Source of the DNA: Eledone cirrhosa | Taxonomy: Eukaryota | DNA length: 64,000 nt | Assembly (NCBI GenBank): GCA_964016885.1 | Contig: OZ024742.1 | Coordinates: forward strand, 295,368,001 to 295,432,000 | Direction of reading: 5' to 3' | Shown: one piece after another, positions 22,412-36,538 of the stretch | Layout: each line of letters starts with the position of its first letter | How positions within the stretch are numbered: position 1 is the first letter of the stretch | The notes under the pieces: generated by a model | The model's database searches: none | What the model was told of the DNA's origin: nothing | What the model saw: only the letters and a program-made list of their open reading frames with translations | Made by a program: the position numbers and the translations under genes

Positions 22412-24670
22412 AACGTGAGGTGTTCAGGATTGCTAGGCAATGTGTCAAGGAAAACCGTGATATTGTCGGGGAGAAGTGTGTCCTTAATGATGATGGTGTA
22501 CTTGCCATCACTGACGCTGATAAGAAGGTAGCTTGGAAGTGTCACTACGAAAGGCTACTAAATGAGGAGAATAAATGGGAGAAAGACAGTCTCCCCACAT
22601 CGATCCAATAGAGGGACCAGCAGTGTTAGTCGAAGGTAGTATAATAAGTAAGGCAATCAAAGATATGAAGACGGGTAAGGCGGCTGGGCCTTCGGAAATA
22701 GTTGCTGAAATGCTGAAAGCTTCTGGAACGGTGGGACACACCATGGTCACCCGGATAGTAAACCAAGTCATACAGAATGGGGTTGTTCCGAAGGAGTGGC
22801 GTAGCAGCATCATCATTAACTGCTACAAGGGTAAAGGAGATGCCCTAGATAGGAGTAACTATAGAGGCATTAAATTAATCGACCAGGTCATGAAGGTCAC
22901 AGAAAAAGTAATAGCGCAACTAATCAGAGAGAGAATTGATCTAGATGAAATGCAGTTCGGGTTTGTGTCAGGTAAAAGTACCACCGACGCTCTTTTCATT
23001 GTACGACAACTACAGGAGAAGTACCTAGCTAAAAGTAAACCACTATACCTAGCTTTTGTTGACTTGGAGAAAGCCTTCGACAGAGTCCCCCGTTCCATTA
23101 TCTGGTGGGCTCTTAGAAAACTAGGTGTTGATGAATGGCTTGTGAGAGCTATACAAGTCATGTATAAAGAAACAGTCAGTAAGGTTAGAATTAACAATGA
23201 ATATAGTGAAGAGGTTAGCGTAAAAGTTGGTGTTTCTTCAGGGCTCCGTTCTTAGCCCCCTACTATTTATTATTGCCCTTCAGGCTATAACAGAGGAGTT
23301 CAAGACTGGCTGCCCATGGGGACTCCTATACGCAGATAATCTAACGCTCATAGCTGAATCAATGGCCGAACTAGAGAAGAAATTCCAAACATGGAAGCAT
23401 GGCCTAGAAAAAGGCCTTAAAATTAACCTGTCTAAGACTAAAGTTCTAGTTTGTAGGAAGGAAAATAGGGTGCCGGTCCCATCCGGGAAATGGCCATGCT
23501 CAGTGTGTAGGAAAGGAGTAGGTAGAAACTCCATTTTATGTCGCAAATGCAAAGTATGGGTGCATAAAAGATGTAGTGGGATCACAGGTAAGCTAACTAA
23601 GAACATAGATTTTATATGTGGCCGGTGCTCTGGTGCAATAAGTAGCAGCAAGTGCCCACAGAATACTAGCTCATTCCATTGCACAGATGGTTCTATAGAA
23701 ATAGTGGACAGATTCCATTACCTGGGTGACAAAATCAGCAGTGGTGGAGGGTGCTCTGGAAGTACAGTAGCTAGAGTCAGAACTGGATGGAAAAAGTTCA
23801 GAGAGCTTATACCACTATTAGCCGCTAAATGGTTCTCTCTAAAAATGAAAGGCAGGCTGTATGATGCCTGCATACGAACAGCAATGTTACATGGCAGTGA
23901 GACCTGGGCATTGTGTGCAGAGGATATACGCAGACTGGAGAGGAACGACGCTTGCATGCTCCACTGGATGTGTAATAGTAATATACGTGAACGGCAAAGC
24001 ATAAACGAACTAAGGGAAACATTAGAAATAAGAGGGATCAGATGTTGTTTACTCAAGAGAAGACTACGTTGGTATGGTCACGTGATGCGCATGAAAGTCG
24101 ATAGCTGTATAAAAAAAGTGCAGGGCAATAAAAATAGACGGTAGCCACGGAGTAGGCAGACCCAGAAAAACCTGGGATGACTTGATAAATTCCGACCTCA
24201 CACACTTACACTTCTCCAAGACAATGTCACTGGACCGAGATCTTTGGCGCTACACAGTAATACAGAAGACCCGCCTTACCTAAGTACAAAGTGAAACCTA
24301 CTACAGTCAGTAGGCACCTCTAACAAAATACACCCCCGTCCTACTACCCCCACCCCATCCACACCACCCCTTTCAATGTAAAGTTATGTTGGTGCCACAA
24401 CATCCAGTCCTAAATAAATGAGGTCGTGTAGGTGTCACAACAAAAAAACACACAGTCCACACTGTAATGTGGCCGTGTAGGTAACATGGTAAAAACCTCC
24501 CAGTCCACACTGTAAATGTGGTTAGTGTTAGGAAGGGCATCGAGCCGTAGAAAACCCGCCAGACAGTCCTATGCGAGCAAGACAACCACTCTTGCCTCAA
24601 GTGGGAAAACTCCCGTCCAAACCCATGCAAGCGTGGAAGATGGACGTTAAACGATGATGAAGATGATGAT
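22412..24670 (+). mobile_element. 5'-truncated RTE LINE, second subfamily, with PHD finger
   Basis: RT motifs across frameshifted ORFs 22575-23255 and 23227-24144 (YADN); (GAT)n tail at ~24652-24672. Confidence 0.93.
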
Positions 24671-24965
24671 GATAAATATATATACACGTACATATACATA
24701 CATGTATATAGGTATATATATGAGTGTATGTATGTATAATATATCTATATCTCTATATATATATACACGTACATTGATAGACATACCTATGCACACACAC
24801 ACATATATATAAATACACATACCTGTTTCTTTTATAGTAAATTCTGTCAATGTTAATCTCACTCATCTAAATATTTAATGTCATTCATTGAAAGAGAACA
24901 AGTAAATGTCTTTTCCACAATAACAATAAATACACTTCTTAACTTTCATAACAAATAACTGAGTT

Positions 24966-27900
24966 ACACACACACACAGACCTTCTGTGCCACGTTCACA
25001 CACCCACATATACATGCACTCACACATACACACAGACCTTCTGTGCCAAATTCACACACCCACATATACATGCACTCACACACACACACAGACCTTCTGT
25101 GCCACGTTCACACACCCACATATACATGCACTCACACACACACACAGACCTTCTGTGCCACGTTCACACACCCACATATACATGCACTCACACACACACA
25201 CAGACCTTCTGTGCCACGTTCACACACCCACATATACATGCACTCACACACACACACACACAGACCTTCTGTGCCACATTCACACACCCACATATACATG
25301 CACTCACACACACACACAGACCTTCTGTGCCACGTTCACACACCCACATATACATGCACTCACACACACACACAGACCTTCTGTGCCAAATTCACACACC
25401 CACATATACATGCACTCACACACACAGACCTTCTGTGCCACGTTCACACACCCACATATACATGCACTCACACACACACACAGACCTTCTGTGCCACGTT
25501 CACACACCCACATATACATGCACTCACACACACACACAGACCTTCTGTGCCACGTTCACACACCCACATATACATGCACTCACACACACACACAGACCTT
25601 CTGTGCCAAATTCACACACCCACATATACATGCACTCACACACACAGACCTTCTGTGCCACGTTCACACACCCACATATACATGCACTCACACACACACA
25701 CAGACCTTCTGTGCCAAATTCACACACCCACATATACATGCACTCACACACACACACAGACCTTCTGTGCCACGTTCACACACCCACATATACATGCACT
25801 CACACACACACACAGACCTTCTGTGCCACGTTCACACACCCACATATACATGCACTCACACACACACACAGACCTTCTGTGCCAAATTCACACACCCACA
25901 TATACATGCACTCACACACACACACAGACCTTCTGTGCCACATTCACACACCCACATATACATGCACTCACACACACACACACAGACCTTCTGTGCCACA
26001 TTCACACACCCACATATACATGCACTCACACACACACACAGACCTTCTGTGCCACATTCACACACCCACATATACATGCACTCACACACACACACACAGA
26101 CCTTCTGTGCCACATTCACACACCCACATATACATGCACTCTCACACACACACACAGACCTTCTGTGCCACATTCACACACCCACATATACATGCACTCA
26201 CACTCACACACACACAGACCTTCTGTGCCACATTCACACACCCATATATACATGCACTCATGCACACACACAGACCTTCTGTGCCACATTCACACACCCA
26301 CATATACATGCACTCACACTCACACACACACAGACCTTCTGTGCCACATTCACACACCCACATATACATGCACTCACACACACAGACCTTCTGTGCCACA
26401 TTCACACACCCACATATACATGCACTCACACTCACACACACACAGACCTTCTGTGCCACATTCACACACCCATATATACATGCACTCATGCACACACACA
26501 GACCTTCTGTGCCACATTCACACACCCACATATACATGCACTCACACTCACACACACACAGACCTTCTGTGCCACATTCACACACCCACATATACATGCA
26601 CTCACACACACAGACCTTCTGTGCCACATTCACACACCCACATATACATGCACTCACACTCACACACATACAGACCTTCTGTGCCACATTCACACACCCA
26701 TATATACATGCACTCATGCACACACACAGACCTTCTGTGCCACATTCACACACCCACATATACATGCACTCACACTCACACACACACAGACCTTCTGTGC
26801 CACATTCACACACCCACATATACATGCACTCACACACACAGACTTTCTGTGCCACATTCACACACCCACATATACATGCACTCTCACACACACACAGACA
26901 CCTTCCCTGCCACATTCACACACCCACATATACATGCACTCTCACACACAGACCTTCTGTGCCACATTCGCACACCCACATATACATGCACTCACACACA
27001 CACACACACATACAGACCTTCTGTGCTACATTCACACACACACACACACCTTCTGTGTCACATTCACACACCCACATATACATGCATTCACACACACACA
27101 CCTTCTGTGCCACATTCACACACCCACATATACATGCACTCACACACACACACACACAGACTTTCTGTGCCACATTCACACACCCACATATACATGCACT
27201 CTCACACACACACAGACACCTTCCCTGCCACATTCACACACCCACATATACATGCACTCTCACACACAGACCTTCTGTGCCACATTCGCACACCCACATA
27301 TACATGCACTCACACACACACACACACATACAGACCTTCTGTGCTACATTCACACACACACACACACCTTCTGTGTCACATTCACACACCCACATATACA
27401 TGCATTCACACACACACACCTTCTGTGCCACATTCACACACCCACATATACATGCACTCACACACACACACACACAGACCTTCTGTGCCACATTCACACA
27501 CCCGCATATACATGAACTCTCACACACACACACACAGACCTTGTGCCACATTCACACACCCACATATACATGCACTCACACACTCACACACACACACAGA
27601 CCTTCTGTGCCACATTCACATACCCACATATACATGAACTCTCACATACACAGACCTTCTGTGCCACATTCGTACACCCACATATACATGCACTCTCACA
27701 CACACACAGACCTTCCCTGCCAGATTCGTACACCCACATATACATGCACTCTCACACACACAGACCTTCTGTGCCACATTCACACACCCACATATACATG
27801 CACTCACACACACAGACCTTCTGTGCCACATTCACACACCCACATATACATGCACTCTCACACACACACAGACCTTCTGTGCCACATTCACACACCCACA

Positions 27901-28145
27901 TATATATGCACTCTCACACACACCTTCCCTCCCACATATACATGCACTCTCACACACATACAGACCTTCCCTGCCACATTCGCACACCCACATATGCATG
28001 CACTCACACACACACAGAACTTCCCTGCCACATTCACACACCCACATATACATGCACTCACACACACACACACACACACACAGACCTTCTCTGCCGCATT
28101 CGCACACCCACATATACATGCACTCACACACACACATATACACAC
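24966..28145. repeat. ~56-bp CA-rich minisatellite, ~55 copies
   Basis: Unit (CA)n-GACCTTCTGTGCCAC(G/A)TTCACACACCCACATATACATGCACT; degenerates toward the right end. Confidence 0.97.
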
Positions 28146-29594
28146 ATCCACCATAACAAAATACACCCAGTACACTCTGTAAAATGATTGTCATTAGGAA
28201 AAGCACCCATCCTTAGAAACGATGCCAGAACTGGAACATATGAGTAATATGTAGTCCTCCAACTCATCTATGAAGGCAGTAACTCTGAATGAGAACTGGC
28301 ATTGACTGCAACAACCTTTCCAATCCATATCTTGGACAAGTCTTTTCCATGGTGTCAGGTCGACTAATGTTTTAGGAATTGGAACCACAGAAACTATAGA
28401 AAGTTCAAACTTAACTTTGACAATAAAATTATCTTAATTTTACAAATAGAAGTTGTACAATGATGGAAAATATTAAAAAAAGGATAAAAACAAAATTAAG
28501 TAGTGAATGAAAAGGGGGAAGGAGTAAAGAAGGGCAGATATGGCTGTATAGGAAAATAAATGAGAAGAAAAGGGAAAGAGCAAGAACTATAGTTAAAAGG
28601 CAAGAATTATCTTAATATATACAAATGAATATGTATATTTTGACATGTAAATGACAGAGACCTTTTATAGTGTGTCAAGTAGTGGCATGGCCACATTCAC
28701 ATTTTAAATATATATTAAAATATACATTAAAATATAGTTAGGAAACAATATTTTTGACAGTTTAAATTCAGCCTTTATATTTATAAAATTAAATAATATA
28801 TATATAGATAAATAACATTACAAATCGCTCATAATTCTTTCAGAATAACATTACAAATATAGTGTCATTGATAAATACAAATATACACGTATATGACAAA
28901 TGCAATTAACCATTGCTAGGAACGTCACAAAAACATACCAAAATATACAACCAGAGCAAGAGAAAAAAAAAAAAAAGGGGGGAAACAAAAACGAAACTGA
29001 CCATCAATTCACCACCAAGTGCAACAATTGGCTGCACATCACACAGGTCAATGGAATCAAAATTATTTAGAATAATATAGTTGTTATTAAATACATTTAT
29101 TTTTCTGTGGGCTTTGCTTTTATTTTGATGGTTGGCATTTTGGTGTCAGACAAACAATTTAAAAAAAAACTACAATCCCTATCCATATATCACTGTTTAT
29201 GATGTAATACATTATATTTCAACATGACCCTACCATAAATTATAAACCTTCATATCAAAATTTATGCATGACAATGATGAAGATGTCAATGTTACAAGAC
29301 CTCTTAAATCAATGATAAGATAAAATTAAATAGATGGCATTTGATAAATTGAGACTGAAAATAAATTGACAACATATATTTTATTTTTATGTTTGATATA
29401 GTTAATAGATGTTGACTATGCTTTACAGATATTTATCTAATTTATATCAAATATGAAATTAATATATTTTATTTATATCAAAATGTATATATTTTATTGC
29501 TTTAATGTTTTATTCTCTGTGCAACATAAGTATTATTAATTGATTAATTCAATTGTTTTAGTATAACTGCCATAACCTGGCTGTTGTTTTTCAT

Positions 29595-29920
29595 GCAGAT
29601 GGTAAGGGAAGAGGATGCTTTGAAGCCATAGTATCTAGAATAAGGACAGGATAGAAGAAATTTAGGGAGCTGCTTACACTGTTGACAACGAAGGGTGTAT
29701 GATGTCTGTGTGCGATGTGCAATGCTGCATGGTAGTGAGACATGGGCAGCAACTGCGGAGGATATGCAAAAGCTGGAGAGAAATGAAGAAAGCATGCTCC
29801 GATGGATGTGCAATGTCAATGTGCGTGAATGACCAAGCATAGACGAGTTGAGAGAGAAACTGTGTATAAGTGGAATAAGTTGTAGTGTGCAGGAGAGAAG
29901 ACTGCATTGGTATGTGAAAC
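29595..29920 (+). mobile_element. RTE LINE fragment
   Basis: Homologous to 10390-10740 (AMLHGSETWAATAEDM). Confidence 0.8.
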
Positions 29921-30263
29921 ATTACAATATCATTAGTCATTGATCTAATGTTTTCTTCTCCTCACCACATCATATTAATTAATTAAATATATAGCAAGGA
30001 TTTGGTTGTCGTGTTGGTAGTTGGTTCTGTTGTGGTGTTGATTCGTTTGTTGCATGTGTGCTCACATGTAGCTTGCTGTGTCATGTGGTCACTGTTGTGT
30101 GATACAGTTTGACTAGAGGTTACATATGTGCAGGTAAGTGAGTAAGTCTTCAATAAGATGATGATGATATGATAGTTCCTTGATCACGCAGAAAATGAAT
30201 ATATATAAATGAACCACGATGACACCAAACTGCTATATTATTAATTTATTGAAAATAACTCAC

Positions 30264-30275
30264 GCTGGAGCTATA
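30264..30275 (-). CDS. Candidate 12-nt microexon (YSSS) of the cadherin-like gene
   Basis: TGTGTATTTTTAG|TATAGCTCCAGC|GTGAGT; phase 0-0, compatible with the upstream exon. Confidence 0.3.
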
Positions 30276-31110
30276 CTAAAAATACACAGGGATTATGTAT
30301 GTTATTTGTTTGTAAAAGTAGAATTAAATTGTATTTACCAAGAAAACTTCATGAACTTCACTGGCTTGGTTAAGAAAGAGACCAAGAGATAGAGATTGAG
30401 TGAAAGAGAGAGAGAGAGTAAGAGAAATTAAGAGTCTGTAAGACCCCAAGGGATCCATAGAAAGCAATAATTTACATGTTTACTCTATCAAGAACTACTC
30501 CGAACTTCTGTTGGCCTGATCTAAGGCAGGCTATTTATTTATGTTGCTTGCTCTGTCTCAAGACTTGAGAACAAAAGGCTGACCTTTTCGAGGTCGTCCA
30601 GTCTCAGACCTGTTGATGCCCAAAAGGAGATAACCCAGAAAATGACTGCTAAATGTCACCCAGGGGTCAAGGTGTGGACAGATTTCGCTACAAATACACT
30701 CTTTTCTCCTACACTTCATTATGTATGATGGCTCTTAACTTGATGTGTAAAAAGCATCTTTGAGTAATAGTTTTCAGTGATTATAGCAACTTTTACCTGT
30801 GTATCTGGTTTAGAATAGTTACACCATAAATGTGACTAAAAGTGTTGAAAGGCATTCAACCATAAAACACTGACTCAAAAAGTATCCTATGATGCTTCAG
30901 CATAGAAAATGAAATTTAAAACATTTGTAGTTGTTATAGAAGTAGTAGTAGTGGTGGTGGTAGTAGCAGTAGTAGTATGATGATGATGTTATTGCAGCCT
31001 TCAGAAAATTATGAAAACAAATAAATAAACGATAAATAAAAAGACACCTCACATACAAAGACAAATATATGAAGAATGAAAAAAATATTTAGAATCTGGA
31101 ACTATTAGTT

Positions 31111-31457
31111 ACTCAAAAGACCCTTTGGAGTAACTAATGTGTGTAGCTTGGAGATCAGAGAGTCACTAAAGGTAGGGCTACTATTTCTCTGAATTGAGAG
31201 ACCACAGCTATGGGCATGTGGTTAGAATGTGTCAAGAAAGAATTGCTGGACAGATTTTATGGGCAAAACCAACCGGCAAGAGACCAAGGGGTAGACTCCG
31301 AGCAAAATGGTTGGATAACATCCATGAGCTTGGATGGTCACAATTGGGAATTCAGCTGGATTAGTTGGAGACGGTTGCTTCTGACAGGACTCACTGGAGG
31401 GAGTGTTTCAGGACTCTGCCCCCATGACCCTCTCAGGAATAAGTCGGCGAAGAAGAA
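31111..31457 (+). mobile_element. 3' fragment of Expander/Rex3-like RTE LINE with TSD
   Basis: GHVVRM...KPTGKRPRGR...W...DRTHWR remnants, (GAA)n tail, 12-bp TSD GAACTATTAGTT at 31099-31110 and 31458-31469. Confidence 0.8.
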
Positions 31458-31476
31458 GAACTATTAGTTTACTTAC

Positions 31477-31575
31477 CACAATAGTAATGCTGTTTCCACA
31501 TCTAACATTTATAACAAGTACATGGTCTTCGGGACTGTCTATCTCATCAAGACTACGGATTACCTTCAAGGCACC
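31477..31575 (-). CDS. Internal exon, C-terminal part of cadherin-like domain (GALKVIRSLDEIDSPEDHVLVINVRCGNSITIV)
   Basis: Acceptor CTTTTTCTCCTATTTTAG, donor GTAAGT, 99 nt, phase 0-0; continues YFGIDKVT|GALKVIRSLD from the upstream exon. Confidence 0.85.
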
Positions 31576-32909
31576 CTAAAATAGGAGAAAAAGATATTGA
31601 AGGAATAAATCAAATTATTCTTATTAATTTATTACATAATTAAAACAAAAAGTAAAATACACAGAATTAGCAATTTATGGCCTGTGGTCTAGCACAACAC
31701 TAACCTTTTTGATACCAACTTTGGCTCTGTGATACAAAACTACTCATTTCACTGTGTTTAATATTAACACCTTCCATCATAATTTTATGTAAGAACATAA
31801 TAATCGAATAATAATAATGAAAATTATTGTGTACAATGCTCAGGTGCACTACAACTCATGAAAGGTGCATGTATAGTACATAGAATAATGTACAAATATC
31901 AGGAAAGTTTTGTTATGTTCTAAACAATGGCTTTACCCTTTTGTTACATATTTCTAATTAAAGACATTGCTGATGGTTTTCAAAAAACACTTTAAAACAA
32001 ACAGTTTTGTATTGTAGAACCAGGTGTAATTTTAAGCAGTTTAGTATCAAAAGGTGATAGCTATAATAATGTTAGCTATTTTACTAAATTCCTCCAAATT
32101 CTTGATTATTTTCAAAATGAATTAAAATACATAGACAGTGGATTTCCTTAGAAATATAGCAACAAAAGGGTTAAATGCATAAACATTATCTGCACACATA
32201 CACATTCACATGTATATATACACACACACACATGCATACACATTCACATGTATATATACACACACACACATGCACACACATACAGATACATACACATGTA
32301 CATGATGTTAGATCTTCTGTTGATATATATTGTAAAACAAGCTTCTTAACTACTAAGCTATACCTGAAATGATTTAGCTGAAAACATCTAAAAATCTAAA
32401 ATCCGATTTCTTAATTCAAATGTTTATAGTATCTTTACTAGTGGACAGATCATTGTGAAAATTTGCAGTATTAGAGTAAAGACTTACATTTTTAATGTGA
32501 TGCAGTCAGTGTTATTTTGTACATTTTAAGAATGTATTACTAATGTGGTTTCATGTAGTATAGGATGTTAAAAATTATAATACACATAAGCAGGCACACA
32601 CACACGTATGTACACATACATATTTACATGAACATAAAAGCAAATGATAAACTTTAGTTTATCTTTTGCTTTTGAACTTAAATAACTAAAAATTATTTCA
32701 AAAGTGAAAATTGGCCATAAAACATGATAGATATAGAGCAATCATTTCAGTCAATGTGATGCGTGGTAGCAATTTCCAGAAATTAATGGACATCAACATT
32801 TCTTTGTCTCTTGCTCAAAGGAATAATAGTACTTATTTTTTTTAGTTTGAGTTCTTTGAAAAAAGTCAATAATAATATTTAAAAAATTGATAATAAAAAT
32901 ATTTGATAA

Positions 32910-33125
32910 TAATTGTTTCTACATTTGGCACAAGGCCAGCAGTTTGAAGGTAAGGGAAAAGTCGACTAAATCGACCCCAGTGTATTACTGGTGTTTTATT
33001 TTTTTTACCCCGTAAGGATGAAGGGAAAAGCTAACCATGGCAGGATTTGAACTCAGAATGTAAAGGGCCATAACCCTATGCTGTGAAGCATGGTTTCTGG
33101 TGATCTAACGATACTGCCAATCCAT
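32910..33125 (-). mobile_element. tRNA-derived Nin/Deu-like SINE
   Basis: Same family as 60693-60880. Confidence 0.8.
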
Positions 33126-34005
33126 TGATTTCTTTATTAGCCACAAGGGTTTGCATATAGAGAAAGACATAAATTTAATGGTTACAATACATGTGGGGCT
33201 GGACAAATTTATATATAACTGAGGATAGGGGCAAGGACGTTATACATTTTCTGTCAACCAAATTTCCCTCACAAGGCATTGGTCAACTCAAGGACATATT
33301 AGAAGAAACTTGCTCAATGTACCAAGCAGTGGATCTGAATCCAAGAAACATTTGATTGGGAAGTGAACTCTTCAACCACAGACCTATGGCAAGATATGAA
33401 AATTATCATAACATGGGAATTAATTCCATTCACCAGCAGTGAAATATTCTTGAAAAATATGAGTAATTATCTGTGAAAGAGCAGGTGGAATTTCTAACAT
33501 AATTTCATGATTCGTTTCGAAGATGCTTCAACCCTGACACCAACTGACTTCAAGTATATAAGTATGTGTATAAGATGTTTACATGATATGTAAACATTTT
33601 ATAAACATACTTCAATCAATTTGTTAAATGTTTTTTTTCATAGTGCTGTTTAACTATTTATGAATTTTGCAACAAACTCAATTGCAAATATGGTGTTTGC
33701 TTCAAGCTAAATTACTCATAAATTAATTCAAGAGAAGCAAAGAGGGTGTTTTAAGAATGAATTTATGTTTATATTAAAAGAACTTGAAGCAAAATAAAAT
33801 ACTTGCTTATTTTAAAAAAATCATTTGGCTTTTAACCCTTTTTATACCAAACAGCCTGAAACCATTCCTGGTTCTATGATACCAAACTGTTTATTTCAAA
33901 GTAATTATATTTATCTAAAAACCTATCATAAGATAGATGGTAATAATAACAAGGGTAACCATAGGCTTGGGAAAATCTGAACTAAGATAATTAGATCTAA
34001 ATAAT

Positions 34006-34194
34006 TGTTTCTACTTGTGGCACAAGGCCAGCAATTATCCCAGTGTATTACTGGTACTTTATTTTATTGACCCTGTAAGGATGAAAGGCAAAGTTAACCT
34101 CGGCGGGATTTGAACTCAGAATGGAAAGGGCAGTAACACTTTGCTGCAAAGCATGGCATTCGACCCTCTACTGATACTGCCAATCCACTGCCCT
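34006..34194 (-). mobile_element. tRNA-derived Nin/Deu-like SINE with 15-bp TSD
   Basis: TSD TTAGATCTAAATAAT at 33991-34005 and 34195-34209. Confidence 0.88.
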
Positions 34195-34257
34195 TTAGAT
34201 CTAAATAATGACAGTTTTAGCAACTCTTTCAACACTCTGATTGGGTATATATACACA

Positions 34258-34357
34258 CAGGGTCCCCCCAAAAATGTAAATACAATTCAACAGAATTCTA
34301 TTAAATATTGCCTGTACAGGTAATCAAAGTGTGTATATATTTTTTTGGAACACCCTG
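34258..34357. mobile_element. 100-bp Tc1/mariner-type MITE
   Basis: Imperfect TIRs CAGGGT..CCAAAAA and TTTTTGGAACACCCTG followed by TA. Confidence 0.55.
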
Positions 34358-34368
34358 TACGTGTGCGT

Positions 34369-34399
<31 letters not shown>

Positions 34400-36143
34400 C
34401 GTGCGCGTGTTTCTTATGAAATGAATAAATGATAAAAATTAAATGATTAAAATATTCAAATAAATAAGAATAAACTAATTTTCAGTAAATGATTAGGAAA
34501 ATTTATTAACATTATCAGGAAAATATGTTAACGTAAAATATAAATTTAAAAATTCCCAGTTTGAAATAGCTATAATGAGGATCCTAGCTTTTATAATATC
34601 CTCTCATAAACTACCTCAATAACATGAGAGCAACTTCATTATCATGATTAGTGACTCTCATGGACATACTGGACAGCACCATGATGGCTATGGTTATGGT
34701 GAAAACTATAAGGAGGGATCAAGGCTCCTCGAGCTCTGTGATGCAAATGACATAACTATCTGAAAATACTAATTTTAGAAAACCAACCAGCTAGATAAAC
34801 TTCATTCTCACCAGGAAACTGGATCTACAGATAGTTGTAAATACTAACTTTTTCTCAAGAGAAGAATTTACTATTCAACATAGCCAAGTAACTCCTTAGT
34901 AACTTCTGAGTAAGGAGAGTAAGACAGATGAAGAGACACAAGATAATTTGAAGAAGAAAGGTATGAAAACTGAAAGATCCCACTGCTAAATGTTAATCCT
35001 TTAGCATTTAAATCAGCTGTATCCAGCCAGAATTCTCTCACCTCTTTCTGTTCAAACCAGCCATAACTGGTCACTCATACTAATATTAAGGTATTGTTCT
35101 CAAAATAGATAATATAAAAATCTCATAGATTTAATATTATGTGAGATATTTATGTGAGGTTAAGCATTTACCATCAAAACATAATAGTAAATATAGAGTA
35201 ATGTAAATGTTAAAGTGTTAAGGTGTGATTTGTGAAAAAGATTTGACTATTATTTCTAGCAAGTCCATGTCAGTGATGGTAGTGTCTAGCATTTCCTTTC
35301 ACAGAGGTTTTTTGGGGTATGTATGATGAAAAGGATGAGGAAGCAGAGATCTATAACACAGAGAACAATTGGGAGTTTCTATGAGACAATTTGCTGTGAG
35401 TCACTGATGTGATCTGTAGTAAAAGCATGATACTATCCAGTACTATTCCACCATTGGAAGTATAATGATCAAAGTAAGAGCTGGGTGGAAAAAAGTTTTG
35501 CTGGCAGGTTGTTTGATGCATGTCTGCAACACATGATGTTGCATGGTAGCTAGACAAGGTCACTGAATATAGAAAGATGTGTGAAGGCTGAAAAGAAATG
35601 AGGCAAGCATATTCTGCTGGATGTGTAATGTTAATGTTTTTGAATGATGGAGCACAAATGTGCTGAAAGAGAACATGAATATAAGTGGAACCAAATATAG
35701 TGTGTAAGAGAGAGATTGTAAACATATAAACATGTGATGTTTATGGAAGATGATGCTTGGGTGAAGACATATCGGGAGATTTGAGTATAAGGAACCTTTG
35801 GAAGTGAAGAACTCAGGAAGACATAAACAGAAGTAGTAAAAGCTGATGAGGAGGCTGAATCTCACAAAGATATAAGAATGCAACAAATATGGAGAAGGCT
35901 CGTCCAACCCATACAAGTATGAAAAAAGAATGTAACTTGCTGGTAATGATGATAATGGAAAATGAAATAAAAAAATAAACTGTCATTGAAAAAACCCCAA
36001 AACGTTGTAGAATTGTGTATCCATTTAGCACTAATTCTAGTATTAGCTACAGAACCACAATTTTTACAGAATGTATAAGAAAACTAATATATTTTCATTT
36101 TCCAATAAAGAAATGAAATACAGCTAGATAGATAGATGTATCT

Positions 36144-36145
<2 letters not shown>

Positions 36146-36184
<39 letters not shown>

Positions 36185-36409
36185 AGGGAGAGAGAGAGAG
36201 GAGTGGGAGAGAGAGGGAGAGAGGAGAGGGAGAGAGAGAGAGGAGAGGGAGAGAGAGAGGAGTGGGAGAGAGAGAGGAGTGGGAGAGAGAGGAGTGGGAG
36301 AGAGAGGAGTGGGAGAGAGAGGAGTGGGACAGAGAGGAGTGGGAGAGAGAGGAGTGGGAGAGAGAGAGGAGTGGGAGAGAGAGGAGTGGGAGAGAGGGAG
36401 AGAGGGAGG

Positions 36410-36442
<33 letters not shown>

Positions 36443-36452
36443 TGAGGGAGAG
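36146..36452. repeat. (GA)n and 15-bp GAGAGAGGAGTGGGA tandem repeat
   Basis: Direct reading; polypurine tract. Confidence 0.95.
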
Positions 36453-36538
36453 TGTATGTTGTAATCATGCTTATGAATTCTTAAAGAGTATATTTTATAA
36501 TTTTGAAAAAGAATTGTAAAAAAATGGATTTAACTTAC

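Noticed and set aside
24987-28182. 842-1027 aa His/Thr-rich ORFs, and a CRISPR-like look
   Set aside because: Minisatellite lacking stop codons; no unique spacers, no cas genes, eukaryotic context.
30799-30837. Possible 39-nt minus-strand exon
   Set aside because: Overlaps a decayed SINE-like motif and the phase-0 peptide does not continue the cadherin fold.
36136-36519. ER/EEW-repeat ORFs
   Set aside because: Purine microsatellite within an intron.
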